A stretch of 64,000 nt of DNA from an uncultured Nitrososphaeraceae archaeon (GCA_963837175.1 CAWIMJ010000039.1:62830-126829), one strand, 5' to 3'; positions 23,395 through 34,914 are shown, counted from the first letter of the stretch. Translations and numbers: made by a program. The notes: a model not told the origin generated them from the letters alone.

Positions 23395-23742
23395 TCATTT
23401 CTGGACTGTTGTGATGCTAATCAGAGAATCACTAAATGATCCAAGAGTGTCCCACAAGAATTGTTGGTCCACCAACCAGCTCGACTGCACGCTTAACAGT
23501 AGCAATATCATCTGCCAGAGAGTGGAGAGGAAGTTAACAGTGATAATACGATGTCCTACGTTCTCTAAAATAGGAATTTCCTTGGTCGATGAAGATCCAT
23601 CAGCCCATCCTCCATGAACTAGTACCGATATTTGTAGCGTTTGTTGACATACTTTGTATACCCCTGAGGTTGCATTAATGTTTATTCTTTGGAGTAGCCA
23701 ACGCAAAATAAGTAGTTGATGCAAGACTAGTGGTGATTGCAA
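23395..23742 (-). pseudogene. alpha/beta hydrolase N-terminal fragment
   Basis: VLVHGGWADGSS..GHRII, then degenerate. Confidence 0.6.
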
Positions 23743-23795
23743 TACATAGGCACAATAAAATTAAGACATTTTGGTTTATTTATTTATACCTTTAT

Positions 23796-24269
23796 TTACC
23801 TTTTGGTCCTTTTGGCTGACTTTTTTGATTTGTGTTTTTTTATATCGCCTATTTTCTTAGTCGGTTGTTTTGCTCTAGAATTAATTAGTTTTTTAGATTC
23901 GAAAATATCCTTAACTGTAGTTTGTAGTTGATTTAACTTCGATTGAATATCTTGTAGCATCTCAAATTGGCTTTGAACATGCATTTGTAATGGCGGGATC
24001 GTATCTGCCAATTTTTGTATTTGATTGGTTTGTTCTTCCAATTGTTTAGCAACATATTCTATATTTTTAGTAGAATTACTCTCAATTATAGATCCTTCTT
24101 CTTCGAATTCGCCAGGATTTTCGATACGGGTAATCTCTTCTCTTACAATTCTTCCTGGCTCATTCAATTCTACTACCTCTTCAACTATTGCTACTTTTCC
24201 TTCATTGTCATCTTCCATATCTATTTCATCTGAATTTTGTTCAATTAGATCGTCATCTTCTGTAGACAT
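23796..24269 (-). CDS. hypothetical protein: acidic N-terminus, coiled coil, Lys-rich C-tail
   Basis: 157-aa ORF with ATG and strongly biased, protein-like composition. Confidence 0.7.
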   Translation of the reverse strand: MSTEDDDLIEQNSDEIDMEDDNEGKVAIVEEVVELNEPGRIVREEITRIENPGEFEEEGSIIESNSTKNIEYVAKQLEEQTNQIQKLADTIPPLQMHVQSQFEMLQDIQSKLNQLQTTVKDIFESKKLINSRAKQPTKKIGDIKKHKSKKSAKRTKR

Positions 24270-24314
24270 TGAATTAGAATAGACAAGATCATTAAAAATG
24301 GTTATACTTTAAGA

Positions 24315-24548
24315 CTAATCGATGAATATATTACTGATATAAGCAGTTAATTCGTCTCTTAACAGAATAACCTTTGCTCGTTTATCTCCATCAAGATTAG
24401 TATATAGCAAAGCATCTAATCCTGCTACAAGATACTGAATATTTGGCAATGTTAGAAGGGTCTTATTATTGGAGGCTTCTTCATTTTGTTGATATATTTC
24501 TTGTGCTGCTTCTTTATTGTTAATTGATTTACTAGTATTTTTAGACAA
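24315..24548 (-). CDS. small hypothetical protein
   Basis: 77-aa ORF co-oriented upstream of 23796-24269. Confidence 0.5.
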   Translation of the reverse strand: MSKNTSKSINNKEAAQEIYQQNEEASNNKTLLTLPNIQYLVAGLDALLYTNLDGDKRAKVILLRDELTAYISNIFID

Positions 24549-24880
24549 AACTATATTGATATTATATTATTTTTGCTTATTATGAACTTGTTTATTATTT
24601 TATTCTCTTATCCTCTATAAAAATCAACTATCGATACCTCTCCAATTAAAGTCTAAACGCTCTGCTGATTATGGAAACTATCTTTTCATAAATATTATGG
24701 ACATGTATCCAAAGGATTCGAGTCTTAGGTATAAATTGGATAAGTTTTTCATGTAATAATACACAAAAAATTTCTTTGTATTTCAAATATCTCTAACATA
24801 AACTATTAAAAGTAATGAATTGTCTTTCATGTAATAATAGAAATGATATCCCTAATAGGAGATCAGGCTCGAGTCATCAA

Positions 24881-26596
24881 ATGAGTAGTCATAATGAATT
24901 TTCACACTTTGTAGAAATATGTGAAAATATTCGCTCAACAAATAGTAAGAATGCCAAAGTAAGTATTCTTTCTGACTATCTTGCAGGCTTGGATGAGGAT
25001 TCATTACCTATTGCTGTTCTGTTCTTATCTGGAAGAATCTTTCCACGAGGTTCCAAACTGAATATAAATATAGGATTTAGTACAATAATGCAATCCCTTT
25101 CTGAAATTGCGATGCTAGATGCAAGCGAAATTCAACAGATTTACCTCACACATGGAGACATGGGTGCATTATCCGAATATGCAGTATCAAAAAAGCATAT
25201 GATTTCACTTTTTGGGCAACAGCAACTAACATTATGTTTTGTATATAATCGACTCAAAAAAATTGCAGATACTGTAGGTCCAGGTGCTGGTAAAAACAAG
25301 ACAAAGATTTTGACAGGACTACTTATCGATATTTTGCCTCTGGAAGCAAAATATCTCATAAAAATCATTAATGGCGAGATGAGGATTGGCTTGGTTGAAG
25401 GGCTGGTTGAAATTGCGATTGCGAAAGCATTCAAACAGGATATCCAAGTTATAAGAGAAGCTATGCTGGTTGCTGGAGATATTGCTCAAGTATCTATATT
25501 GGCAAAAAGAAATTCTTTGGATAAAGCGATAATAAAACCTCTTACTCCTCTAAGTTTTATGCTAGCAGATGTTATGTTTACTGCTGAAGAAATAATCAAA
25601 TATTATCAAAAACCTTTGATTTGTGAGTACAAATATGACGGAATAAGAATACAAATGCATAAGTTTGGACAAGAAATTAGAATGTTTTCTCGTAAGCTTG
25701 CAGATATTACAAATGCATTTCCCGAATTGGCTGATGCTGCATTGGCAGCCGCTGCTACTATTACTTCGTCATCGCCATCAAATATAGATTTTATTTTGGA
25801 TGGAGAAATACTTGCTTTCCGAAATAACAAACCAGTGCACTTCCAAGAACTCCAGAAAAGACTTCGTAAAAAGACTGTCAATGAACAAATCATGATAGAA
25901 ATCCCAGTGATATACACTATCTATGATATCATGTATTTTAATGGAGAGCCTATAATCAAGAAATCCCTTAAAGAACGAAAAGAAATTTTATCATCTATAA
26001 TATTCAAACAACCAATCATTAATTCAAGTTACAAGATTGTAAATTCTGAACAGGAGATTATTTCAATATTTGATGACAGCAAAGATATTGGTCATGAAGG
26101 ACTGGTATTGAAAGAACCTTATTCCCTATATCATCCTGGCAAAAGAGGTAGATATTGGGTGAAGCTGAAAAAAGAACTCGATACTATTGACGCAATTATA
26201 GTAATGGCTGAATATGGCCATGGAAAAAGAGCAGGCACACTATCAGATTATACATTTGCTGTAAGAGACGAGGATAATAGTAAATTAAGAACCATTGGAA
26301 AGGCATATTCTGGATTAACTAATGAGGAAATTGATGAAACGACAAGTAAGTTAAAGTCGCTTATGGTAAAGGATGATGGTTATAAGATAACAGTAAAACC
26401 GGATATAGTTTTAGAAATTGCTTTTGATAGTATCCAAAAAAGTGACAGGCACGACAGTGGTTTTGCATTACGTTTTCCTAGGATAAAAAATATACGTGAC
26501 GATAAGACTGTTGCAGACATAGATACACTTGAAAAGGTAAAACAAATCTATGAAAAACAGGTTTATCTAATAGAAAAAAAGGGAAATGTTTGCTAA
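24881..26596 (+). CDS. lig: ATP-dependent DNA ligase
   Basis: Motif I EYKYDGIR, III FILDGEI, IV EGLVLK, V WVKLK and VI LRFPR..IRDDK, plus an N-terminal DNA-binding domain. Start at 24881 or 24815. Confidence 0.95.
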   Translation: MSSHNEFSHFVEICENIRSTNSKNAKVSILSDYLAGLDEDSLPIAVLFLSGRIFPRGSKLNINIGFSTIMQSLSEIAMLDASEIQQIYLTHGDMGALSEYAVSKKHMISLFGQQQLTLCFVYNRLKKIADTVGPGAGKNKTKILTGLLIDILPLEAKYLIKIINGEMRIGLVEGLVEIAIAKAFKQDIQVIREAMLVAGDIAQVSILAKRNSLDKAIIKPLTPLSFMLADVMFTAEEIIKYYQKPLICEYKYDGIRIQMHKFGQEIRMFSRKLADITNAFPELADAALAAAATITSSSPSNIDFILDGEILAFRNNKPVHFQELQKRLRKKTVNEQIMIEIPVIYTIYDIMYFNGEPIIKKSLKERKEILSSIIFKQPIINSSYKIVNSEQEIISIFDDSKDIGHEGLVLKEPYSLYHPGKRGRYWVKLKKELDTIDAIIVMAEYGHGKRAGTLSDYTFAVRDEDNSKLRTIGKAYSGLTNEEIDETTSKLKSLMVKDDGYKITVKPDIVLEIAFDSIQKSDRHDSGFALRFPRIKNIRDDKTVADIDTLEKVKQIYEKQVYLIEKKGNVC

Positions 26597-26753
26597 AATA
26601 AATGTAGATCTGTTATAATGTGTTGAGTATTAGAACTTCTTAAATCAAAAGGAAAATTTCTAATATGAAATTACATTTAGCAATAAGTATTTAAAAATGA
26701 ATTCAATAATTCATTCGTTAAAATGCTCTAAGTATTTTGACAATCTTGATTAA

Positions 26754-27635
26754 ATGCAAGTATACAGATTTTTCTTTGTTTTGAACAGGAAAAGTTGTAT
26801 TGAGTCAAACTATACGGGTTTTTTATTATCTCTAATTATAGGTATAATTATTATGATAAATTCTGTATTTGCACATGCGCAGCTAGGCAATACAGTTGGT
26901 GTAAAAATTACATCACCAAGTACAGGCCAACAAGTGCCAGTTGGCGAGCTTACAATATCAGGAACATCAACAGATAATGCAACTTCTGATTGTACAGTAT
27001 ATGCTGATTTGAATAACCTAAAGCCATTTCAAAAAGCAGTTGCAACAGGTCCTGGTGGAGCAAACGATTATTCAATGTGGAATTATACATATACTGATAA
27101 ATATCATCTTATTTCAAATGGGACAAATGAGTTAACTGCCAAATTATCCTGTCTTAATAATCCTTCGAATGTAACAAAATGGAATAGCGTAAATGTTACC
27201 GGACAAAATGTTACCGGACAAAATGTTACCGGACAAGCTGTGTTAATAAAACCTGAAGCAGATGTAAAAATTACATCACCAAGTACAGGCCAACAAGTGC
27301 CAGTTGGCGAGCTTACAATATCAGGAACATCAACAGATAATGCAACTTCTGATTGTACAGTATATGCTGATTTGAATAACCTAAAGCCATTTCAAAAAGC
27401 AGTTGCAACAGGTCCTGGTGGAGCAAACGATTATTCAATGTGGAATTATAATTATACGAGAAACTACCATCTAATTACAGAAGGAGTAAACGAGTTAACT
27501 GCCAAATTATCCTGTCTTAATAATCCTTCGAATGTAACAAAATGGAATAGCGTAAATGTTACCGGACAAGTTGCTTTAATAAAACCAGAAAATGATGTCC
27601 CTCCTTTTATATTTTCTATGCCAGCTGTTAAATAA
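26754..27635 (+). CDS. secreted protein with two tandem Ig-like domains
   Basis: Hydrophobic N-terminal segment and two near-identical ~110-aa domains; start uncertain. Confidence 0.85.
   Translation: MQVYRFFFVLNRKSCIESNYTGFLLSLIIGIIIMINSVFAHAQLGNTVGVKITSPSTGQQVPVGELTISGTSTDNATSDCTVYADLNNLKPFQKAVATGPGGANDYSMWNYTYTDKYHLISNGTNELTAKLSCLNNPSNVTKWNSVNVTGQNVTGQNVTGQAVLIKPEADVKITSPSTGQQVPVGELTISGTSTDNATSDCTVYADLNNLKPFQKAVATGPGGANDYSMWNYNYTRNYHLITEGVNELTAKLSCLNNPSNVTKWNSVNVTGQVALIKPENDVPPFIFSMPAVK
26901..27587 (+). repeat. intragenic direct duplication (offset 363 nt) plus 3x15-bp tandem repeat AATGTTACCGGACAA (27192-27236)
   Basis: Copies begin GTAAAAATTACATCACCAAG at 26901 and 27264. Confidence 0.95.
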
Positions 27636-28008
27636 TATGTGGACAAACTAGAGAGGCTTTTATTTTTTAGGCAACTGATCAACCTGCCTGATAAGTATCC
27701 TAGATGGAATGAAATACATCGGCATGGTAGATAGAGATATGTTAATAACATGGTTATTTTTTGTGGCAGTGAAAAAGAGTAGAGATAATACAAAAAGAGA
27801 AAAGATTGAGTTATTGCAGTAATTTTAGAAGTCACTCTTGGTGATAGAGTAACTCAGTAAAATCATGTATAAAACATCTTTCTATCTTTAGATATGAAAA
27901 GATATTTGTCTATGAGCATATTTTTAGTGGCTTATGGAAGATTGAGTAGAATAAAGAGTAAATTTCTTCTATTTCTTTACAAATGAGACTTTTTAAGTAA
28001 TTTCGTCT

Positions 28009-28914
28009 ATGTTATATGGACTTTTGGAAAACAGGATAAGTTCAATTCTCAAGTGGGCAGGAGGAAAAAGAAGAATTGCTCATTTTCTAAGCAGATTTTG
28101 TCCAGAAGTGATTGACCTATACTTTGAACCTTTTCTTGGAAGCGGAGCTCTATTCCTTTATCTTGCCCAGACAAAGCCTAGATTCAAAGCAATATTGTCT
28201 GATTCAAATAATGACCTTATAAATGTCTATAAGTGTGTTAGAGACAATGTTCGAAACTTAATTGACATTTTAGAGATACATCAATCAAGTTATTACAAAA
28301 ACCCAGAGGAGTATTATTATTATATACGGAATACTTACTCTGTAACCAGCGATCTAGAAAATGCAGCTCGCTTACTTTTTCTAAATAAAACATGTTATAA
28401 CGGTCTATATAGAGTAAATAAGTCAGGATCGTTTAATGTCCCCCATGGAACTTATGCAAGACCTGTAATTTGTAATCCCAAAAAATTAGAGGCTTTTTCT
28501 GAGATTTTACAAAGAACAAATGCAGAGATAATTTGTGATTATTATCATAATGTAACTCTGAGATGTCAAGCTGGTGACTTTGTCTATCTCGATCCCCCGT
28601 ATCTTCCATTGAGCAAAACTTGTTATTTTAAAGATTATACAAAAGAGGAGTTTGGATATCCAGAGCAAGTAATATTAGCGAAAGAGTTTAGAAGATTAAG
28701 CAACGTAAAATCCACCGTATTATTGTCAAATTCAAATTCCCCATTAATAACGGATTTATATAAAGGCTTCAATATAATGACAATACCTACATCAAGACCG
28801 ATTAACTGCAACGCATCAAATCGTCTGAATTACCATGAGCTTTTGATTACAAATAAAAGATTATTAGTTACAAAAGCTGTTACTAATTATGCAGAAACGA
28901 TGTCAGAAATGTAA
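28009..28914 (+). CDS. dam: Dam-like (D12 class) DNA adenine methyltransferase, orphan
   Basis: LKWAGGK, EPFLGSGA, LNKTCYNGLYRVN..G.FNVP and YLDPPY. Confidence 0.9.
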   Translation: MLYGLLENRISSILKWAGGKRRIAHFLSRFCPEVIDLYFEPFLGSGALFLYLAQTKPRFKAILSDSNNDLINVYKCVRDNVRNLIDILEIHQSSYYKNPEEYYYYIRNTYSVTSDLENAARLLFLNKTCYNGLYRVNKSGSFNVPHGTYARPVICNPKKLEAFSEILQRTNAEIICDYYHNVTLRCQAGDFVYLDPPYLPLSKTCYFKDYTKEEFGYPEQVILAKEFRRLSNVKSTVLLSNSNSPLITDLYKGFNIMTIPTSRPINCNASNRLNYHELLITNKRLLVTKAVTNYAETMSEM

Positions 28915-29285
28915 TCAACATTTTGAATGCCTTGAATTAACGGATTGTTGGTGCTTTCGTTTGGGAAAATGTTTCCAAATAGAAAAGGCAATTCAGGATT
29001 GTATCTGCAATAACTGTTTGTTAAGAAAGATTTAGGATAATTTTATTTCAAAAGGCCATTTAAATTTTAATTGATACTGTTTGAATTCTATTCATCATAG
29101 TATTGATGAAAATTATGAAATAATAAATCTATATAATAAAACAATATTTTGCTTGTATTAATGCCACAAAAGCCTTATACTTTATCCTAATTGTAATCAT
29201 TTTAAATGCATGCACTGCTACCATTGAGCCCTCGATTGAAATGCTTTAATACATAGTTATCCAAGAATCTGTTACGAAAGATGAT

Positions 29286-29501
29286 ATGATAAAGCTATCC
29301 TGCAGAGAATCAGGATTAGAATGCGATTATATCGCAGAAGGTAAAACAGAGGATGAAATCTTGAAGAATATTTCCAAACACGCTATGGACTTTCATAACA
29401 TGCGAGCAGAAGACATATATCAAGACAATATATCTGCAGCCTTTTTATGCCAAGCGATAGGTAAAATGACATCTACCCACGATAATCAAAAATTAGATTG
29501 A
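29286..29501 (+). CDS. DUF1059 small metal-binding protein
   Basis: LSCRESGLECDY..G.TEDEI...HAM..H. Confidence 0.85.
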   Translation: MIKLSCRESGLECDYIAEGKTEDEILKNISKHAMDFHNMRAEDIYQDNISAAFLCQAIGKMTSTHDNQKLD

Positions 29502-29919
29502 TTCTCTATAAAATAGGCCCTTATTGGTAAAATTGTTTTTGAATCATTTTTGATATTGATTATACTGTATGTCATACAGATATCAATGTTCGGAAACTAT
29601 AATGGTTTGCACTCAGTTCGTATCCACATGTGACCGGTCATCATTGTATTCCCACAGTCATTACTATGAGTGTATATACACTGCTTTGAATTATCATCTC
29701 TCTCCCTATTCATTTTCAAATCATATCGAAATCCGATTTCTACTATAATAATGACAACACTCAACATTCTTGCATTACTCTACATTGGAGGTCTCGGCAC
29801 ATTTTACTTAAGAAAAATCATAATCGCCTATATTCGGTTACGAATCTGTTGTACAATTATTCCTCTCGCAATTCAAAGTGCTTTTTTCTTTCGTTTCATT
29901 TAGATCTTCGATTATTGTC

Positions 29920-30756
29920 CTTAATTGAAGGATTGCTTCATCATTTAATAAAATTCATCATCAGACATATTTCTTTTAGCTTCTAACCACATTTCTGCAT
30001 CCTTTCCTGCTAAATATCTTAGGCTAGGATTTTCAGCTGTAATAGCATTAAGTACTACTGCTGCTACAACTTCTGGAGAAGAAGCATTCTCCAACATGTG
30101 CTCAAAGCTAGTAGACATTTTTTGCATTATCTGAGAATATGGTGAATTGGGTTTTGAGATTTCTTTGCAATAACCATGTCATTTGCAATATTTGTTTTAA
30201 TAACTCCTGGTTCTACTAAGATAACTTTTATTCCAAATGACTCCAATTGCTAGGACATTGATTCACTTAAACCTTCAACTGCAAATTTAGTACTAACATA
30301 AGCAGAACCTGCAGGATAACCAAATCTTCCCGCTCCTGAACTAATATTTACGATAGTACCAGATTTCTGTTTTCTCATAATTGGAAGGACTGCTTGAGTT
30401 GTTCTTATCAATCCAAATAGATTTGTATCAAATTGTGCTTTTATCTCTTCTATTGCAAGGTCTTAAATGCACCAGTAAGCGCATACCCTGCATTGTTCAC
30501 CAACACACATCTATACTATCTTCTTTAGACACTATTGCTTTTATTGCATTTGTGACTGATTTATTATCTATAACATCAAGTTGTTCTATATGAATAGGCA
30601 AGTTTTCTTTAGGTACTATTGATTTTATATTTTCACTTTTAGCTAGATTGCGCATTGTAGCATACGTTTGAAATTCATTTCTTGCCAACATTAAAGCAAT
30701 TTCACAACCTATTCCACTTGAACTACCTGTAACAACAACACGGATGCTTTCTCCAT
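29920..30756 (-). pseudogene. short-chain dehydrogenase/reductase, multiply frameshifted
   Basis: VVVTGSSSGIG, YATMRN, AYVSTKFAVEGLSES and LVEPGVIKT fragments. Confidence 0.88.
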
Positions 30757-31767
30757 TCGGTTTATTATTATTCTTATTACTTCAGGAATAATAGTGAGTT
30801 ATAAGATTCATAGGATTTATCAGTCCTGCAAACCTAGCAGAATAAATCAGTAAGAATTCTTATGAGTGTCAGTTATGTTACTTTAGAGATAATAGACAAT
30901 GAAAATATTCATGATAGTCTGTTGTATAAATAATTCTAGGAGAATGTATTGTTGAATATGACAAAGCTATGTCTGATTGCTATTTCTTTAATTCCAGTGT
31001 AATTTATCTCTGAAGTCTTTAATATATCCATTCAATTTCTCTTAGGTTATTATTTCCAATTTTAAGAAGGTTAATGACATGTGGTACACTCATTCCTGCA
31101 GCTATAGATAATCTATGTAATTTTAGAAGTGGTTCAATGTCATCTTTAATCTCTTTATAAACCGGATTCTAGATGTTTCCACAATAAAAGATAGCAAATA
31201 TTATTCCATTATATATATTGCGTCACAAGGCTACTAGGATAAACCTTTGAAAGACATACAGCTTCTCATAAGTTTCTTTCAAGATAGGAAATGATGTTAT
31301 AATACAGTCAGATAAGCCATTATTATCTGCTATAGTAGAGCTTGGAAAGAATCCTATTACCATTGGCAATATACAGAATCTCACAGTTACTATTATGGAC
31401 TTGAGTTCAAACGGAAAGATGATAGGTGCTTCTATCTCTAGAGAATTGCCTTATCTTTCTGGGAAGTCTATTAAATTACAAAAAGATGTTACTAATGCCA
31501 TGCGTCTGATCTCATGCACTTGCATGATAGACAACACCTCTGAGACCGGCATGTAGAGTTGTCATTGTAGCATCTGCAGCAGAGTATGAATCTCAAACGA
31601 TTATCAAAACATTTAACGTAACCAGGATTTCATAACTATAGTTCAAAAACTAATATTCACCAAAAAAGTATGGGAGAGTTTGGTTGAGGAAGAATAATCT
31701 AAGTTGTAAAATGTTAACACATACAAGAGAAAGGTAAAGCACCTTTCTCTTTATTTTATGAATATAT

Positions 31768-31910
31768 GGCTCTGTAGAAACCATCGATATTATTGTAAGA
31801 TTGGTTGGTCTGTGCATATTGTAAGCGATGCATTTGAATGATAATTCTCTATTCTGTGTTCTAACTAGCAGTGATGTAATAATATGTTCTCCAAATAATC
31901 TTTTCATACT
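31768..31910 (-). mobile_element. IS5-family transposase 3' remnant with putative terminal repeat
   Basis: KRLFGEHI..R.QNREL.FKCIAYNMHR, followed by GGCTCTGTAGAAA at 31768 (IS5/IS903-like GGC terminus). Confidence 0.7.
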
Positions 31911-32278
31911 GTATAATACAGTATAAATTGATACTTAATTTGATATGACTCCTGATCATCTTATAGTAGTTAAATACGTTGATATAGTTATCCGAATCCA
32001 GAACAATTTTCTAATCTCCAGAAAATCAACCGAGCCTTTAGAATGTGCAAGCATTATCATTTAATTTGTTATTTTGTTTAAGATCTGAGTATTCGTGCTA
32101 CCATAGTGTAGACGTAGATAATAGGACAAGATTGATTTGGGCCGAAATGGGTGTAAATCAAATTTGACATAGATTTAAGACCTAAGTTACTATGATGGTC
32201 AAGTCACCATACTGCAACGTATTGGTGATCAGATTATAATATCAATATCAATGAGAAATAGGTATTATTATTACTTAT

Positions 32279-33001
32279 TTAAAATCTATGTCCAATACTT
32301 TTGAACCTCATTATAGCCCAATTCCAATTGTATCCAGCAAAAGCTGCAAGCGCCATCACTACAAAATCACGAGGCTTTCCTTCTGTATCGGTATCCAAAA
32401 TGATAAGTCCTGCTATTATAGATACATAAACAATGGCTCCAAGTATTCCGCCAATAAATGGAGCACTAAAATATTGTATCATCCATGTATTTCTATAATC
32501 CCTGTTTTGAACATGTCTCCACAGATACCATATGTCCTGGAAAAGACCACCTATCATTCCCCAGATAACTGCTTGCATAGCCAAAAGTTCAAAACCAAGC
32601 TGTTCAGAGGGTAGTTCCCAAATGAGAAAATAAAACGAGACTATTGAAAAGAGCATACCTATAAAATAAATCCATAAGTGAAAAGCATATGCATTAACAA
32701 ATCTCCACCAAAATGATGCATCATATATAGCGGCATGATAATATCTTTCTGCTTCCATTAAGTTGCGTTCACATGCTAAGAGATGATTATCTATTAATTC
32801 ATGTCTAGCATTTAATAAACACTGGAGTATATCGTCTGCAATTATATTTGATACTTTCTCCTGTGAAAACAATCCATTCTCTGATGCTACCCTGAATTGT
32901 AATGATAGTTTATCGATTCTTTCTTCATATTCCTTAACTACTATTTCTTCCTCGAATTCCTTACTTTTCCTTTCATTTTCTTTTGATTTCGCTGGGGTCA
33001 A
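32279..33001 (-). CDS. membrane protein: N-terminal helical domain plus 4 TM (GxxGG / YxxxPxxG / AxxAGY signature)
   Basis: WGMIGG, QYFSAPFIGGILG and LAAFAGYN. Confidence 0.8.
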   Translation of the reverse strand: MTPAKSKENERKSKEFEEEIVVKEYEERIDKLSLQFRVASENGLFSQEKVSNIIADDILQCLLNARHELIDNHLLACERNLMEAERYYHAAIYDASFWWRFVNAYAFHLWIYFIGMLFSIVSFYFLIWELPSEQLGFELLAMQAVIWGMIGGLFQDIWYLWRHVQNRDYRNTWMIQYFSAPFIGGILGAIVYVSIIAGLIILDTDTEGKPRDFVVMALAAFAGYNWNWAIMRFKSIGHRF

Positions 33002-33016
33002 AGAAAGAGTCTCTCG

Positions 33017-33229
33017 TTATGTGGTTTGTGAGCGTCGCAGCAGTGTAAGTATTTGAGCCAAAACCCATTGTAGTGTTTCTATCTCTGCCCACAGGCTTTC
33101 TAGATATACTTTATTAGGAGACGGATGCATCTCCGTTTTCTTCTGTATTATTCTATTCTGTAGTATCTCTTGTAGTGATCTTACTGGTGTTGTTGATTGT
33201 GAGGGTGATGGTGATGTCGGTTCATTCAT
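33017..33229 (-). CDS. small hypothetical protein, probably co-transcribed with 32279-33001
   Basis: 70-aa ORF 15 nt upstream of the membrane-protein gene. Confidence 0.65.
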   Translation of the reverse strand: MNEPTSPSPSQSTTPVRSLQEILQNRIIQKKTEMHPSPNKVYLESLWAEIETLQWVLAQILTLLRRSQTT

Positions 33230-33391
33230 GTATAGTTCGGTAATATACCGTACTTAACACGCAAAATAAGGTTTGAAGCACTAAAGAGACAGCGGGAGGG
33301 AGAGAGGTAGTGATAAAGCAAAGATGCTGCTGCAAAGTTAATTTATAATAATATACGTGTGGTAGTGGATATGATTATTAGTGCTATTTAC

Positions 33392-34495
33392 TGCATTGTT
33401 GCATAACTGACTCTTCTGTAAGTATGAACTGACCTAGCTGGATTTAGCTTAGATATTATAATGACAACTAGTGGTTAACTGGGATAACTATAATGAATCA
33501 TTAGTCAGACGTGGAGAGGTAATTCTGGATTTTGATGTTTATTGATAGATAGCTGGGATAATGAATTTGACAATATGAATAATGGTAAGGAAGGTGGTGG
33601 TGGTGGTACATCCTATAAATATCCAAATTCTTTTGTTCAATTGCTTGATTGGTTATATGAGAGAGCATATTTTCATTTACCATCATATAGACAGACAGAC
33701 TGAAGGTGTTGTTAGAGAGAGTATATACTGGTAGTAAAGTACGCTCTATTCCAGATTACAGTACAATAAACAAAGAAGACTAAACAAACTAGATATTAGA
33801 ATTAACAAAAGAATAGCAATGATGATATTGTCATAGTATTATTAGATAATAGTACCTGGGATCAAGGTAATAACTAATAGAGGAGGAGAGTGGTTAGCTA
33901 GCTCACAAATTGAATATACGAAAAGGATACCTCAAAATACACATGTCGCAGTAGATATCAAGAAAAAGAAAATTGTATCCTTAGAAGTTACAACCAAAGA
34001 AGTACATATGATGCAATGATGGTGCTAAATAAAGAAGCTGATAGAAAATGCTGCTGAGAATAACGATGTAAAAAAAGAGTGATTGCAGATGAAGGGCTTA
34101 TGATAATAATGAGAATTTCAGATATCTTTCGTGATAATAATGGCATTGAAGCTGCTGCCAATCAAGGTAAAAGGAAGGAAGAATTCGTCTGCCGACAAGA
34201 TAACCTATTCTCATCCAAGAAATATTATTGTACTACAACAGCTGAAAAATTTTGAAAAATGGAAAGGATAGTGTTAGTTAGTTATGTATGGATACAGATG
34301 GGTAGTAGCAGAGACAGTAGTATTCTCTTCCATCCATTAAAAGGATGTTTGGAAAATGTGTATCAGCAAGGAAATATTCAAACATGGTTAAGGAAATGAT
34401 GCTAAAAGCATCATTATTATACAATACATTTATTACAAGAAAATAGCTTCAAAAAGTAACGCCGCATAGAGATTAATGAGTTATGCAACAATGCA
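33392..34495 (+). mobile_element. IS5-family (ISH1-like) insertion sequence with perfect 17-bp TIRs and 8-bp TSD; transposase heavily degraded
   Basis: Left TIR TGCATTGTTGCATAACT (33392-33408), right TIR AGTTATGCAACAATGCA (34479-34495), TSD CTATTTAC at 33384-33391 and 34496-34503. Transposase fragments NWDNYNESLVRRGE, PDYSTINK, GYLKIH, AYDN and IKRMFG. Confidence 0.92.
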
Positions 34496-34635
34496 CTATT
34501 TACTATAATTAGGACTAAAAGATGTCGTCTATTCCTCTGCAACATGAGAATTGAGCAGTATTACACTATAGCTGAGCAAAATCTACTATAAGATATATAA
34601 GATACCTTTCTATATAATATTATTAATTGTTATGT

Positions 34636-34914
34636 ATGAAAAAAGTCCGCCAGCAATATGCAATAGTATTGACTGCAGCAGCTGCTATTCTCATTTGGAT
34701 ATCGATAGTAGCAATGATAATACCTCAAACAGTATTTGCAAATAAGGACGAAGGAAATCCATCTTCATCAAGTGATGATTGCAAATCTGATCAACTACCT
34801 GCAAGTATAGACGGAAAGACAAGATGTATGGGACAAGGAGAATGTTACTCAGAGGACTTTGAGGTTGATGGAAAAGAAGTAAAACATTGTAACTTTATGA
34901 TGAGTAACCAATAG
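34636..34914 (+). CDS. small secreted Cys-containing protein
   Basis: Signal peptide MKKVRQQYAIVL.. and 4 Cys. Confidence 0.65.
   Translation: MKKVRQQYAIVLTAAAAILIWISIVAMIIPQTVFANKDEGNPSSSSDDCKSDQLPASIDGKTRCMGQGECYSEDFEVDGKEVKHCNFMMSNQ

Noticed and set aside
26901-27587. Diversity-generating retroelement TR/VR pair
   Set aside because: Differences between the copies are not adenine-specific, both copies are in-frame domains of one gene, and no reverse transcriptase is in the window.
4539-28914. Coherent restriction-modification or defence island
   Set aside because: The MTases and defence relics are scattered over more than 25 kb with unrelated genes between them, and there is no intact nuclease.
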